32,000 bases of DNA from positions 782,440 through 814,439 of the forward strand of contig AP024486.1 in NCBI GenBank assembly GCA_021654395.1. Direction: 5' to 3'. Below, in pieces: positions 1 to 9,804 of this stretch. The notes under the pieces are model-generated. The model ran no database searches. It saw only the letters and a program-made list of their open reading frames with translations, and was not told where the DNA came from. A program made the translations under genes and the position numbers. The stretch is from Candidatus Saccharimonadota bacterium. GTDB taxonomy: Archaea; Micrarchaeota; Micrarchaeia; Micrarchaeales; Micrarchaeaceae. Position 1 is the stretch's first letter. Every line of letters starts with the position of its first letter.

Positions 1-2
1 TA

Positions 3-1049
3 AAAGAGTTAAGAGATAACTTACCTAAAGAGTTCTCTAAGTTCGCTGAGCTTATAAAAGAGGATGTATACAATAAGATAAAGGAGTATACATCTTTAAG
101 TAATGTAAAGGAGCATTATAGAAAGATGCTTAATGAGTATGTTGATAGAAAAGGGCAGTATAGAAGACCTTCTTATCTAATACTTTGGACTATGCTGTAT
201 AATGGTAATGCTGAAGATGCGCTGCTGCCTGCTGCTGCACAGCAGCTATCTGAGGATTGGCTATTGATGATAGATGATTGGATGGATAATAATCTACTAA
301 GAAGAGGAGGCAAGGCTGCTTACCTAATATATGGAGATAAGTTAACCATAAATGCTGCAAGCGATCTACAAGCGCTAAACTGGAAGATTGCTATTGATGC
401 ATATAAGCAATTAGGAGAGCCAAGAGGCAGTAGATATATAAGAAAGTTCTTTGATATGCTTCATGTAACTCATATTGGTCAGTATCTGGATCTAACATTA
501 ACTAGCTCTAAAGATATAACAAGCTTTACCATAGAAGACTATTATGAGTCTATTCATGCGAAGTCTGCCTACTACTCTGTTTATGGGCCGATGCAACAAG
601 GCGCTATAATCGCTAATGCTGATGAATCTAAAGTAGAAGCAATTGAGAGCTATGGAGTACCTGCCGGTAGAGCATTTCAGATAATAGATGATGTACTAGA
701 CTGTGCAAGTGACGATAAGACTTTGGGCAAGACTGTTGGAACTGATGTAAGAGATGGAGTAAAGACAATAATACTATGGCATGCTGTACATAATGCATCG
801 CAGCAGCAGCTAGATATGCTAAAAGAGATATATGCAAAGAATCCTGAGATGAAGACAGATGAAGAGATACATAAGGTTATAGAGCTATTTAAGGAGCTTG
901 GCTCTATAGATTTCGCGAAGAATGAGGCTAAGAGGCTTATAGATGAGGCATTGAGCAACTTTAATAAAGTTGAAAGAGACCTTGCAGAAAATCAGATAAA
1001 AGATCTTGCAAGAGACTCATTAACATATATAGTAAATAGAATTAAGTAA
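3..1049 (+). CDS. trans-polyprenyl diphosphate synthase (GGPP synthase-like), 5'-partial at window edge
   Basis: The frame stays open from nt 3 through the ATG at 126, so the true start probably lies upstream of the window. Both Asp-rich prenyltransferase motifs are present: IDDWMDNNLLRRG and FQIIDDVLD. Confidence 0.85.
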   Translation, partial: KELRDNLPKEFSKFAELIKEDVYNKIKEYTSLSNVKEHYRKMLNEYVDRKGQYRRPSYLILWTMLYNGNAEDALLPAAAQQLSEDWLLMIDDWMDNNLLRRGGKAAYLIYGDKLTINAASDLQALNWKIAIDAYKQLGEPRGSRYIRKFFDMLHVTHIGQYLDLTLTSSKDITSFTIEDYYESIHAKSAYYSVYGPMQQGAIIANADESKVEAIESYGVPAGRAFQIIDDVLDCASDDKTLGKTVGTDVRDGVKTIILWHAVHNASQQQLDMLKEIYAKNPEMKTDEEIHKVIELFKELGSIDFAKNEAKRLIDEALSNFNKVERDLAENQIKDLARDSLTYIVNRIK

Positions 1050-1174
1050 TACTTTAACCTTTTTATTTATATTATAATTAGAACAGATTAAACTTATTTT
1101 TAGTTATTTGTTATCTAAATATTAGTAAAGATTGCGGTGTTATCTTGATCATAGATAGTAGCAGATCAAGAGTT

Positions 1175-1717
1175 ATGCTTAGAAGTCTAGATAATAAAGA
1201 TGCATTAAGAATATCTGAGCTCGGTAATGATAAAGAGATATATAGAAATGAGGGCCTAAGATTTCCGCATCCTTATGATATTAATACAGCTATCGATTTT
1301 ATATTCTTCTCAGAGATCTCTGAGAGTGAGAACAGATCTTATAATCTAGCGATTATAAAGAAGGATGAAAACTTACTTATAGGCATAGCAAGCATCTATA
1401 ATATAGATAATGTAAATAGAAAGGCAGAGATTGGCTACTGGATAGGTAGAAGCTACTGGGGTAAGGGCTATGGAAGCGAAGCTGCTGAGCTTTGTGTAGC
1501 TTATGCATTTTACTATATGAAGATGCATAAGATATACGCAGAGATCTTAGAGTATAATGATAGATCAAAAAGACTCTTAGAAAGGCTAAACTTTAAGAAT
1601 ACTGGAAGATTCAGATCTGATATAAAGAAGGGCTTTAGATATTATGATGTGCTATACTATGAGCTTCTCCGTAATGAGTATAATAATAAGATAGGAAGAT
1701 TAAAGGTTTATAGATAG
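1175..1717 (+). CDS. GNAT family N-acetyltransferase (RimJ/RimL-like)
   Basis: IGYWIGRSYWGKGYGSEAAEL is the typical acetyl-CoA binding segment of RimJ/L-type GNATs. The ORF-track start 1145 is TTG; the first ATG is at 1175 (MLRSLDNK). Confidence 0.8.
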   Translation: MLRSLDNKDALRISELGNDKEIYRNEGLRFPHPYDINTAIDFIFFSEISESENRSYNLAIIKKDENLLIGIASIYNIDNVNRKAEIGYWIGRSYWGKGYGSEAAELCVAYAFYYMKMHKIYAEILEYNDRSKRLLERLNFKNTGRFRSDIKKGFRYYDVLYYELLRNEYNNKIGRLKVYR

Positions 1718-1749
1718 TAGATGCTGTCTTGAGAATTAGATGTTCTCTA

Positions 1750-2874
1750 TCATTCATTCGTTATAAGAGGTATATAAAGCTCCTCCTCTGATAGACCGCC
1801 ATGATGACCAAAAAGATCTGGAAAGTTATGATTTCTGCCAGGCTCTAGAAAGTCAAAGATAGTGCTGCCTTTAGCTATTAATGTATAATCGCCGAACTTG
1901 TATATTATATCTTTATTGATATTACTACCGAAGAGCCCTGCATCTAATAGCTCCTTAGATCTAAATAGAAGAAATCTCTCCTTTAAGCTCTTATCATAGT
2001 AATCAATGAACTCTCTCTCAACATTATCCTTAAGATTCAAGAATACTATCCTCTCTGTTCCCCAGCTTCTCATATAAAGATAGTTCAATAAGCTATTATC
2101 TTTATCTACTGTATAGACATCATCCTTCCTTATTGCTATATGCCCGTGATCAGTAGTTATAAAGATAGCAAATCCTTTATCTAATGCATCTTTTAATACA
2201 TACTTATCTAATAGATATAGAAAGCTATCTAGATCTGCCTTTATAGAGTCTGACTGCTTTGAGTAATTATGCTCCATTAGATCTGGAAACTCAGAATAGG
2301 CATATATAAATCTCTTATCATCAACTAAAGAGATCTCGTTTCTTATGCTTGTTACAAGATCTGCCTCGTTAAGCGTCTTATAGGTCTTAAAGCTATTCAT
2401 AAGCATGTTATTATAAGGGTTATCTGTTATCTCCTCAGGAACTATCATTGTTAAGCCATATCTGCTATCTATGCTCTTAAGATTTGTTACCTCTGGAAAT
2501 ACATTACTTGCGACATTAGAGTCTATCTTAGATAATGGCCTTATAACATAGCCGAATCTATTATCTATTATGTAGTTGCCTACTATACCATGCTCAGATA
2601 CTGTCTTACCACTAAATAACGAATTTATTATAGATAGAGTAAATGTAGGCGCTATGCTACTTATCCTCTCTAGATGCATACCGCTCTTTATAAAGCTATA
2701 GCTGCTTTTTTCTAATATCTCAGCTATTGTATCATATGATAAGCCATCAAGCAGTATAAATAGGACTCTATCTTTATAGCCGCTTGCGAGCTTGTTAAAT
2801 AATGAAAGATTAGAGTTACTGTAGTTAGGAAAGCCTAGCCCATTATCATAAAGGATCGATCTTACATCAGACAT
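1750..2874 (-). CDS. alkaline-phosphatase-superfamily phosphodiesterase / nucleotide pyrophosphatase-like protein
   Basis: LLDGLSYD (metal Asp), APTFTLSIINSLFSGKTVSEHGI (nucleophile-Thr region), TTDHGH and GHHGGLSEEELYIPL are AlkP/NPP (COG1524-type) hallmarks. I cannot separate this family from PglZ-like relatives by eye. Confidence 0.7.
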   Translation of the reverse strand: MSDVRSILYDNGLGFPNYSNSNLSLFNKLASGYKDRVLFILLDGLSYDTIAEILEKSSYSFIKSGMHLERISSIAPTFTLSIINSLFSGKTVSEHGIVGNYIIDNRFGYVIRPLSKIDSNVASNVFPEVTNLKSIDSRYGLTMIVPEEITDNPYNNMLMNSFKTYKTLNEADLVTSIRNEISLVDDKRFIYAYSEFPDLMEHNYSKQSDSIKADLDSFLYLLDKYVLKDALDKGFAIFITTDHGHIAIRKDDVYTVDKDNSLLNYLYMRSWGTERIVFLNLKDNVEREFIDYYDKSLKERFLLFRSKELLDAGLFGSNINKDIIYKFGDYTLIAKGSTIFDFLEPGRNHNFPDLFGHHGGLSEEELYIPLITNE

Positions 2875-2981
2875 AAATTATCTATTTATAATAATAAGCT
2901 TTAAATCTTTAACTATAGGCATCTAATAGATGAGAGCTTAATAATATTTAAATATATAATCTTAATCTAAAGCTGATACAT

Positions 2982-4361
2982 ATGGCTAAGCTTTTTGGAA
3001 CTAATGGAATAAGAGGATTAACTAATGAAGTAATAACTCCAGAGCTAGCATTAGAGGTAGGTAAAGCCATAGGTACATTCTTCGGAAAGGGTAAGAAAGC
3101 TCTATTAGGAAAGGATGTAAGATATGGTGGAGATATGCTTATAAACGCTGTAAGCTCTGGCTTAATGTCAACAGGCATAAGGGTTTACATAACTGATCCT
3201 GCACCAACTCCTGCTATAGAGTATGCAGTAAGAAGCTTAGACTATGATTTTGGTGTTATAATAACAGCAAGCCATAATCCAAAGGAGTATAATGGAATAA
3301 AGATAGTTAAAAAGGATGGTGGGGAGCAGTCAAGAGACGATGAGAAGGTTATAGAAGAGATTATTGAGAGAAAGAGCTACTATAATGCAAAATATAATGA
3401 GATATATAATGCAAGCAGAGAGAATAGAGTTATAGATACATATATAAGCAGCATTATATCTATAGTTGATGCTGAAAAGATAAGATCGAAAGCCTATAAG
3501 GTTATTGTTGATGGAGCTAACAGCGTTGGCAGCTTAACATCGCCATTGATAGCTGCTGCTTTGGGCTGTAAGGTTATAAGCATTAACACCCATCTAGATC
3601 CAAATTTCCCAGGAAGAGAGCCAGAGCCCAACGATAAAACCTTAGTTAATACTGCAAAGGCATTAGAGATAAATAATGCTGATATAGCTGTAGCGCATGA
3701 TGGAGATGCAGATAGAGCAGTATTTATAGATAATAAGGGAGTTATACATAGCGGCGATGAGAGTGGAGCCTTGCTTGCCTATCATCTTAAGAAGAAGTTA
3801 AAAGACAATAGGGCAGTAATAACAACTGTTGCATCCTCTCTAGCAGTTCTAAGATTTCTTAAGAGTAATGGAATAGAGTATCAGATGACAAGAGTTGGAG
3901 GAATAGATATGGAAGATATCGTAAGAGGTAATAAGAACAAGTTCTATGCTTACTTTGAGGAGAGCAGCGGATTCGCTTATGTAGACTCGCATCTGACAAA
4001 GGATGGCGGTAGAGCGCTTGCATTAATGCTTGAGCTTATGGCATCTGAGGGCTTGAGCTCTTCAGAGCTTTTCAGCAAGATTGAAAAGACATATAAGTAC
4101 AAGTATAAGATACCTCTAGATAAGATAGGAAGCATAGAAGATAATATCATAAAGATTGAGAAGAGCTTCAGTTCATATAGTATAACAAAGATTGATGGAG
4201 TAAGAGTCGATTCAGATAGCTTTATGATACTATTTAGAAAGAGCGGAACAGAGCCTATCGCAAGATTATTCATAGAATCAAGAGATAAGGATGAGCTAGA
4301 GAAGCTTAAAGAAAGAATAGAAGAGATAATAGATGTAGATCTTGATAGCTTAGCTAAATGA
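2982..4361 (+). CDS. phosphohexomutase (phosphoglucosamine / phosphomannomutase family)
   Basis: TASHNP phosphoserine loop, AHDGDADR Mg loop and RKSGTEP phosphate-binding loop. An AT-rich TTTAAATATATAA box lies ~25-30 nt upstream of the ATG. Confidence 0.9.
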   Translation: MAKLFGTNGIRGLTNEVITPELALEVGKAIGTFFGKGKKALLGKDVRYGGDMLINAVSSGLMSTGIRVYITDPAPTPAIEYAVRSLDYDFGVIITASHNPKEYNGIKIVKKDGGEQSRDDEKVIEEIIERKSYYNAKYNEIYNASRENRVIDTYISSIISIVDAEKIRSKAYKVIVDGANSVGSLTSPLIAAALGCKVISINTHLDPNFPGREPEPNDKTLVNTAKALEINNADIAVAHDGDADRAVFIDNKGVIHSGDESGALLAYHLKKKLKDNRAVITTVASSLAVLRFLKSNGIEYQMTRVGGIDMEDIVRGNKNKFYAYFEESSGFAYVDSHLTKDGGRALALMLELMASEGLSSSELFSKIEKTYKYKYKIPLDKIGSIEDNIIKIEKSFSSYSITKIDGVRVDSDSFMILFRKSGTEPIARLFIESRDKDELEKLKERIEEIIDVDLDSLAK

Positions 4362-4365
4362 TTAT

Positions 4366-5679
4366 ATGGAGCTTAAGAGACAGATTAACTTAAGAGATGC
4401 TGTTATAATAAATCTAGGAGCGATAATAGGAGCAGGCATATTTGTAATAATAGGCTTAGCTGCAGGTCTTACAGGCTCAAGCATAACATTATCTATAGTT
4501 ATAGCTGCTCTGATATCTATACTTACAGGATTAAGCTTTGGATATCTTGCATTATTTATCTCAAAAGAGGGAGGCTCTTATGAGTATGCCAAAGAGGCGC
4601 TTAGCCCTTATGCAGGCTTTATAGCAGGTATTGCATGGGCCTTAGGTAACTCTATAGCACTAGCGGCAGTATCTTTAAGCACTGGAAGCTATATAGATGC
4701 ATTACTCGGCTTACATATAAGCGATCTTTATATAGCTATAGCAGATATCATTGCTTTTACTATAATAAATCTTTTAGGGCTTAAGAATTCTACTAAAAGC
4801 CTAACTATACTTGTAAGCTTAAATATACTTGTATTGATCATATTTGTATTAGCTGGATTGACGCATATCTCGCTTTCAAATCTAAGCAGCTTTGTTGTAA
4901 ATGGAGTAAATGGTATCTTTGCTGCAACAGCAGTTATATTCTTTGCATTTACCGGATTCTCAAGAGTAACAACATTAAGTGAGGAGGTTATAGATCCAGA
5001 GAATACAATACCCAAAGCTATAATCTACTCTATAATAATATCTTCTCTTATATACTTCGCTGTTACCTTTGTTGCTGTTGGACTAGCTCCTTACTATAAG
5101 CTTGCAAGCTCTAAGTCTCCATTATCTTTAGCTATATCAGTTACTGGCTTAAAGATACTTTATCTTATAATAAGCTTAGGTGGAGTAACTGCTACAGCGG
5201 GTGTTACATTAACTGGAATACTTGGGGTATCTAGAGTCTTATTCGCAATGTCAAGGGATAGAATACTCCCAAAGAAGCTCTCATATATAAACGATAGAGG
5301 CATACCGCCTTATGCAATATTAGCTACATCTGCTGTAGCATTAATCTTTCTAATCTTTCTAAAGTTTAGCTCAATAGTTGATGCAGCTAATCTTGGGGTT
5401 TTAACAAGCTATCTTATAGTTAACATAGCTGCATTATATGCTTCTATAAAAGAAAGAAGAGCAGCAAAGGGCATATATGGCAGTAAGAGATTCTATATTA
5501 TACCTCTTATAGGAGCAGCTTCCATAGTATTTATAGCAGCGTATCTTGAGAAGAGTGCAATAACCATTATAGTATCTCTACTTATACTTGCAACATTCTA
5601 CTATATCTTCTTAATAGAAGAGAGAAAGATAAAGAAGATTCCGAGATTCATAGAGATTAGAGATTTAAAGACAAGCTAG
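4366..5679 (+). CDS. APC-superfamily amino acid/polyamine permease
   Basis: 437 aa and almost entirely hydrophobic helices. N-terminal GAIIGAGIFV motif. The start is 4 nt after the upstream stop. Confidence 0.8.
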   Translation: MELKRQINLRDAVIINLGAIIGAGIFVIIGLAAGLTGSSITLSIVIAALISILTGLSFGYLALFISKEGGSYEYAKEALSPYAGFIAGIAWALGNSIALAAVSLSTGSYIDALLGLHISDLYIAIADIIAFTIINLLGLKNSTKSLTILVSLNILVLIIFVLAGLTHISLSNLSSFVVNGVNGIFAATAVIFFAFTGFSRVTTLSEEVIDPENTIPKAIIYSIIISSLIYFAVTFVAVGLAPYYKLASSKSPLSLAISVTGLKILYLIISLGGVTATAGVTLTGILGVSRVLFAMSRDRILPKKLSYINDRGIPPYAILATSAVALIFLIFLKFSSIVDAANLGVLTSYLIVNIAALYASIKERRAAKGIYGSKRFYIIPLIGAASIVFIAAYLEKSAITIIVSLLILATFYYIFLIEERKIKKIPRFIEIRDLKTS

Positions 5680-6338
5680 CTCCCATTAATAAGATTCTTA
5701 TGCTTATATAAGCAGATATCATTTAAGACGCATCTATAGCACTCTGGCTTCCTTTTCTTACATGTATCTCTACCTAATGCTATAAATAGATTTGATATAT
5801 TATTCCATTCCTCTTTTGGAGTAATCGAGGTTAGCTCCTTCTCTATCTTTAATGGATTGCTTGTTCTTACAAGCCCAAGTCTATTAGAGACAGTTATGCA
5901 GTGTGTATCTATAGCCATACCCTCATTTATACCAAATCCTTCTGAAAGAATAACATTAGCTACCTTTCTACCAACTCCTGGAAGCTCCATAAGCTCGTTA
6001 AGAGTTGATGGTATCTTTGATCCATACTTACTTACTATTATCTTAGAGCTCTCAACTAGATTCTTAGCCTTTGTTTTATATAGCCCAATCTTATTTATGT
6101 ATGGATATAGATCTTCGTATCTAGCCTTCGCCATATCCTCTGGAGACTTAAATCTCTTAAATAGCTCCGGAGTTACCTTATTAACTGTTGCATCCTGAGA
6201 TTGAACAGAGAGTATAGTTGCGACGAATAGCTCCCATAAGCTCTTATGCTCTAATGACGTCTTCATCTGATCCTTATACTTACTCTTCAGTCTTTTAAGT
6301 ATATTCATTATATAGGCTCTCTTTTTAGACTCTTTCAC
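5676..6338 (-). CDS. nth: endonuclease III (HhH-GPD DNA glycosylase/AP lyase)
   Basis: HhH motif LPGVGRKVANVIL. C-terminal Fe-S ligands CKKRKPECYRCVLNDIC (C-x6-C-x2-C-x5-C). 6338 is a GTG; an alternative ATG start lies at 6308 (MNILKRL). Confidence 0.9.
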   Translation of the reverse strand: MKESKKRAYIMNILKRLKSKYKDQMKTSLEHKSLWELFVATILSVQSQDATVNKVTPELFKRFKSPEDMAKARYEDLYPYINKIGLYKTKAKNLVESSKIIVSKYGSKIPSTLNELMELPGVGRKVANVILSEGFGINEGMAIDTHCITVSNRLGLVRTSNPLKIEKELTSITPKEEWNNISNLFIALGRDTCKKRKPECYRCVLNDICLYKHKNLINGS

Positions 6339-7408
6339 TCATTAGCACCAGTTATTATCGCAACAGTATATCCATCTAATCTATCTCTTATCCTATTATA
6401 TGCTGCTATAACAGATGCTGATGCTGTCTCTATTATCAAGTTATACTTCCCTGCAAAGTAGTCTCTAGCCTCTACAAGCTCTTTATCTGAAACAGATAAT
6501 GCATAGCCGTTATTCTCTTTAAGCCATTCTAATGCAGAGTCTCCGAAGGTTGGATAGCCAACCGCTATAGCATCCGCTATCGTAGATGGCTTAACATACT
6601 CTATAGATCTATCCTTCTCATATGCCTTAACAAATGGATCGCACTGCGCAGACTGAACTGCTATAACTGTTGGTTTATCTCTTATAAGCTTAAATCTGTA
6701 TAGCTCATCTATAGCCTTCTCAGTAGCGCTTAAGAGCGTTGCATTACCTACTGGAAGTATTATATTATCTACGCTCTTCTTTAAGGCTCGCATCTGCTTA
6801 AAGATCTCTAGTGTAACTACTCTCTGACCTTCCATCCTATAGCAGTAATCTCCTGTTAAGAAAGCATTATTTGATATAGAGTACTTTAACGCTTCCTCTT
6901 GAGCCTTTGTAAAATCACCATCTATATTTACTATCTCTGCATTATTACTTCTTATAAGATCTATCTTTGATTCTACTGCATCCTTACTGATATAAACTCT
7001 TGCCTTTATCTTATTGATTCTCGAGTAGTAAGATAACGAGTATGCCATATTTCCTGTAGATGCGCAGACTATCTCTTTGTAATTATAATCTATGGCCTTT
7101 GAGATCTCTACGATGCTACCCCTATCTTTAAAAGATCTTGTTGGATTCTCTGTCTCAAGCTTAAGATATAGAGCTTTATCTTTTATATCCCTTAAAAGCT
7201 TTGTATCTCCTAATATGTAATATCCATAGTTAGACTTTGGCAGTACTCTTGTTAATGATCTATAGCTTCTTAATTGAAGGTCTTTATCTGTAATATCATT
7301 ATAGTAATACTCAACTCTTAGTATACCATTACATCTGCTGCATATCTGCGACTTATAGCTCATATCGTACTCTGAGTTACAGCTGCTACAAACTAACTTA
7401 TAGCGCAT
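6335..7408 (-). CDS. thrC: threonine synthase (PLP-dependent) with N-terminal Cys4 zinc ribbon
   Basis: TRSFKDRGS PLP-lysine motif. N-terminal CSSC...CSRC. The ORF-track start 7468 would overlap the upstream gene by 56 nt; the ATG at 7408 (MRYKLVCSSC) removes the overlap. Confidence 0.85.
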   Translation of the reverse strand: MRYKLVCSSCNSEYDMSYKSQICSRCNGILRVEYYYNDITDKDLQLRSYRSLTRVLPKSNYGYYILGDTKLLRDIKDKALYLKLETENPTRSFKDRGSIVEISKAIDYNYKEIVCASTGNMAYSLSYYSRINKIKARVYISKDAVESKIDLIRSNNAEIVNIDGDFTKAQEEALKYSISNNAFLTGDYCYRMEGQRVVTLEIFKQMRALKKSVDNIILPVGNATLLSATEKAIDELYRFKLIRDKPTVIAVQSAQCDPFVKAYEKDRSIEYVKPSTIADAIAVGYPTFGDSALEWLKENNGYALSVSDKELVEARDYFAGKYNLIIETASASVIAAYNRIRDRLDGYTVAIITGANE

Positions 7409-7412
7409 GGTC

Positions 7413-7742
7413 TCAGCTCTTAGTACCATAACGCCTTCTATTCTCTTCCATCTTACTATTAAAGGCATCGGATAGCTTTATGTTATATATATCTGCTAGA
7501 ATTGATAGATAGTAAAGTATATCTGCAAACTCCTCACTAAGATCTTTTGCATTTATATCTGAGTGTGCCTCTGTATAGTACTTAGATCTAAATAGCTTCT
7601 TAACCTTATTTAGCAGCTCTCCAACCTCACCAGATAGTGCGGTTGCTACATATAAGGCTTCTATATCCTTATCTGCATATCTGCTCTTTGGCTCTATATG
7701 CCATGTCTCCTTAGCAATATTCTTTATGCTATCTATATCCAT
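7413..7742 (-). CDS. MazG-like nucleotide pyrophosphohydrolase
   Basis: Small all-helical protein with SGEVGELLNKVKK and EEFADILYYL (paired acidic EXXE-type motifs of the MazG fold). Confidence 0.7.
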   Translation of the reverse strand: MDIDSIKNIAKETWHIEPKSRYADKDIEALYVATALSGEVGELLNKVKKLFRSKYYTEAHSDINAKDLSEEFADILYYLSILADIYNIKLSDAFNSKMEENRRRYGTKS

Positions 7743-7789
7743 AATCCCACTCTAATATAAAGATATATAATATACTTAATAAAGCTTCA

Positions 7790-8533
7790 TCATAGCTTAC
7801 TATAGAATAGCTTTCTATAGAGTGTTATATTTCCTATATCGTACCATTCTCCATTAAATACATGCCCTTTAATCTTCTCTTGCTTTATAAGCCATTCTAT
7901 AAACTTACCTATAGCATCTACGTCTGTATTACTGTTTAGATAATTATTAAACATAGATAGCTGCTCCTTAGGAAAGATATATATTCCTGTGCTAACGAGC
8001 GTTGACTCTGGATTCTCTGGCTTTTCAACAAACTTATATATCTCCTTATTATCATTTATACTTACAACTCCAAATGCCTTCGCATCCTCTAAGCTCTTTA
8101 TATCATATAAAGCGATATAAACAGCTCTTGCTCTATTAAACTCCTGTATCATCGTGTCTAAGTTAAAGTCGAAGTAGTTATCTCCAGCAACTATTAGCAG
8201 ATCATCATCTATACCTGCCTTTCTTATTGCATACTCTATTCCCTTTACTGCACCAAGCTTCTCAGCATTATCAATAACAGGCTCTATAACTAGCTCTATA
8301 TCTCTATTATAGAGTCTCTTACTTACCTCTTTATAGTACTCGAAGTTCTTTTTGAATCTCATATTTGATGATATAATTACTCTTTCAAATTTAGCCTCTT
8401 TGCTTTCCATTATATTATCTATTATATGATCTAGTAACGGCTTACCTGCTACAGGCAACAAAGGCTTTGGTATAAACTCTGTTATAGGCTCTAATCTCTT
8501 TGCAAATCCTCCGCATAGTAATAACAGCTTCAT
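7790..8533 (-). CDS. sugar-1-phosphate nucleotidylyltransferase
   Basis: N-terminal LLCGGFAKRLEPIT...PKPLLPVAGKPLLDH signature. Track start 8542 is GTG; the ATG at 8533 gives MKLLLLCGG. Confidence 0.8.
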   Translation of the reverse strand: MKLLLLCGGFAKRLEPITEFIPKPLLPVAGKPLLDHIIDNIMESKEAKFERVIISSNMRFKKNFEYYKEVSKRLYNRDIELVIEPVIDNAEKLGAVKGIEYAIRKAGIDDDLLIVAGDNYFDFNLDTMIQEFNRARAVYIALYDIKSLEDAKAFGVVSINDNKEIYKFVEKPENPESTLVSTGIYIFPKEQLSMFNNYLNSNTDVDAIGKFIEWLIKQEKIKGHVFNGEWYDIGNITLYRKLFYSKL

Positions 8534-8652
8534 ACTATTCACTTGTATTAGAGTATAAATAAGTATTAAATAAATCTTAAAATATTTAGAATGCTAACTT
8601 CATATAATAGATATACTTAATAATGATTTAATAACCAACTATATAGGTATCA

Positions 8653-8668
8653 ATTTAAATATTTAAAT
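8653..8668 (+). promoter_or_regulatory. tandem palindromic ATTTAAAT ATTTAAAT, candidate TATA element upstream of tRNA-Pro
   Basis: Two adjacent copies of ATTTAAAT lie ~44 nt upstream of the tRNA 5' end. There is no transcript data, and AT-rich boxes are common in this genome. Confidence 0.25.
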
Positions 8669-8711
8669 ATAATTGCTACTAATTATCATTACAGCCAATA
8701 ATTTCGTTAAT

Positions 8712-8784
8712 GGGGAGTTACGCTAACCTGGTAGACTGCCAGCCTTGGGCGCTGGTAGTAAGGGTTCAAATCCCTTACTCCCCG
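8712..8784 (+). tRNA. tRNA-Pro (anticodon UGG)
   Basis: Acceptor GGGGAGT/ACTCCCC plus discriminator G. Anticodon arm CCAGC-CTTGGGC-GCTGG (U33, TGG, G37). T arm AAGGG-TTCAAAT-CCCTT. U8, A14, G18G19 and A21 are in place. No encoded CCA. The D stem is weak (see findings). Confidence 0.8.
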
Positions 8785-9013
8785 CTTCTTTAATTATATT
8801 GTCTTTTAATACACAGATCTAAGAGCTTTTATTTATAAGATAATATTTAGATATAAAGTTATACAATTAGTAGCTATTAAGTATAACTAAATGCTTTATG
8901 CTCTATCTATCTTAACTTTTAGATATTAGCTTCTATCTAATCTCTCTAGACATTTATATAAAATAAATTTTATAATCTATAGCTTTTAATATGCTAATGG
9001 AGAGCTTTTAGTC

Positions 9014-9790
9014 TTGATATTAAAGGTGTCTAACATAACAGATATAACAAGAGATAGCAGTTCAATTAGATATATTAATACAGATATAGAAGGCTTAAGA
9101 TCAGCTATAATTAGAGTCATACCAGAAGGCCTTGATGAAAATCTAAGAGCTGAGATTAGAAGATATTATGAAGAGACAGAACCAGATGGAATTATTACAA
9201 GAGTTTCAAGCATAAAGATCCAAGATCCAATAGAAGAGTATATAGATATAACTACATTTATTATGCCTTTTGGACTAGCAATCTATGGAAATAGAGATGG
9301 TTACTTCACTCCTTTAAAAAATATTAAAAGATTCTTAAATAGAGATTTACTTGTAGAAGCTACGAACGACCTTAACGCTTCAATCGAACCTATAGTTGAG
9401 AATCCAGAGCTAGATACTAATGCTAGATTCTATCTTTTAAATAGAGATAATGATAAGTCCTCTAAGGTAATAGCTTTACCAACGCTTGAGATTAGACCAT
9501 TTATTGATAGAAAGGTTATTAAAGAGACTAGAGATATACAGAAAATTATATTTAGCTTTGATCTATTTTACATAGTAAAGATATATAATATTAGTGATGA
9601 TGAGCTAACAAGGAATCAGATACTTCATAGATATGGCTATGTGCCTATAAAAAATCTGTATCGCTTTTGGATAGATCAAGTTGACTCATTTAGGAGCAAG
9701 GGTAAAAGCTATTTAGATCTCTTTTATGAAGATAAAGACTTAAAAAAAGAAACATTTAAAAGCTTTACAATAAAATTTAAGATTGGTTAA
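9014..9790 (+). CDS. hypothetical protein (no recognisable motif)
   Basis: A 258-codon ORF in a stop-rich AT genome. TTG start with GGAGAG 9 nt upstream; an in-frame GTG alternative lies at 9026. TTTATATAAAA box ~55 nt upstream. Confidence 0.7.
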   Translation: MILKVSNITDITRDSSSIRYINTDIEGLRSAIIRVIPEGLDENLRAEIRRYYEETEPDGIITRVSSIKIQDPIEEYIDITTFIMPFGLAIYGNRDGYFTPLKNIKRFLNRDLLVEATNDLNASIEPIVENPELDTNARFYLLNRDNDKSSKVIALPTLEIRPFIDRKVIKETRDIQKIIFSFDLFYIVKIYNISDDELTRNQILHRYGYVPIKNLYRFWIDQVDSFRSKGKSYLDLFYEDKDLKKETFKSFTIKFKIG

Positions 9791-9804
9791 TTATTGGTGT
9801 CTTA

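Noticed and set aside
1750-2874. PglZ-like domain as a hint of a BREX/DISARM-type defence system
   Set aside because: The AlkP-fold motifs are generic. The neighbours are a GNAT and a phosphohexomutase, with no methyltransferase, helicase or ATPase partners. A defence context is absent.
7409-7468. 56-nt overlap between the thrC ORF and the upstream MazG-like gene
   Set aside because: It is an artefact of taking the longest ORF. The ATG at 7408 gives a conserved-looking MRYKLVCSSC zinc-ribbon N-terminus and a 4-nt gap.
7413-7742. MazG-like gene as part of a toxin-antitoxin or anti-phage nucleotide-depletion module
   Set aside because: It is a single small gene embedded in a co-directional housekeeping run (nucleotidyltransferase, thrC, nth), with no partner gene.
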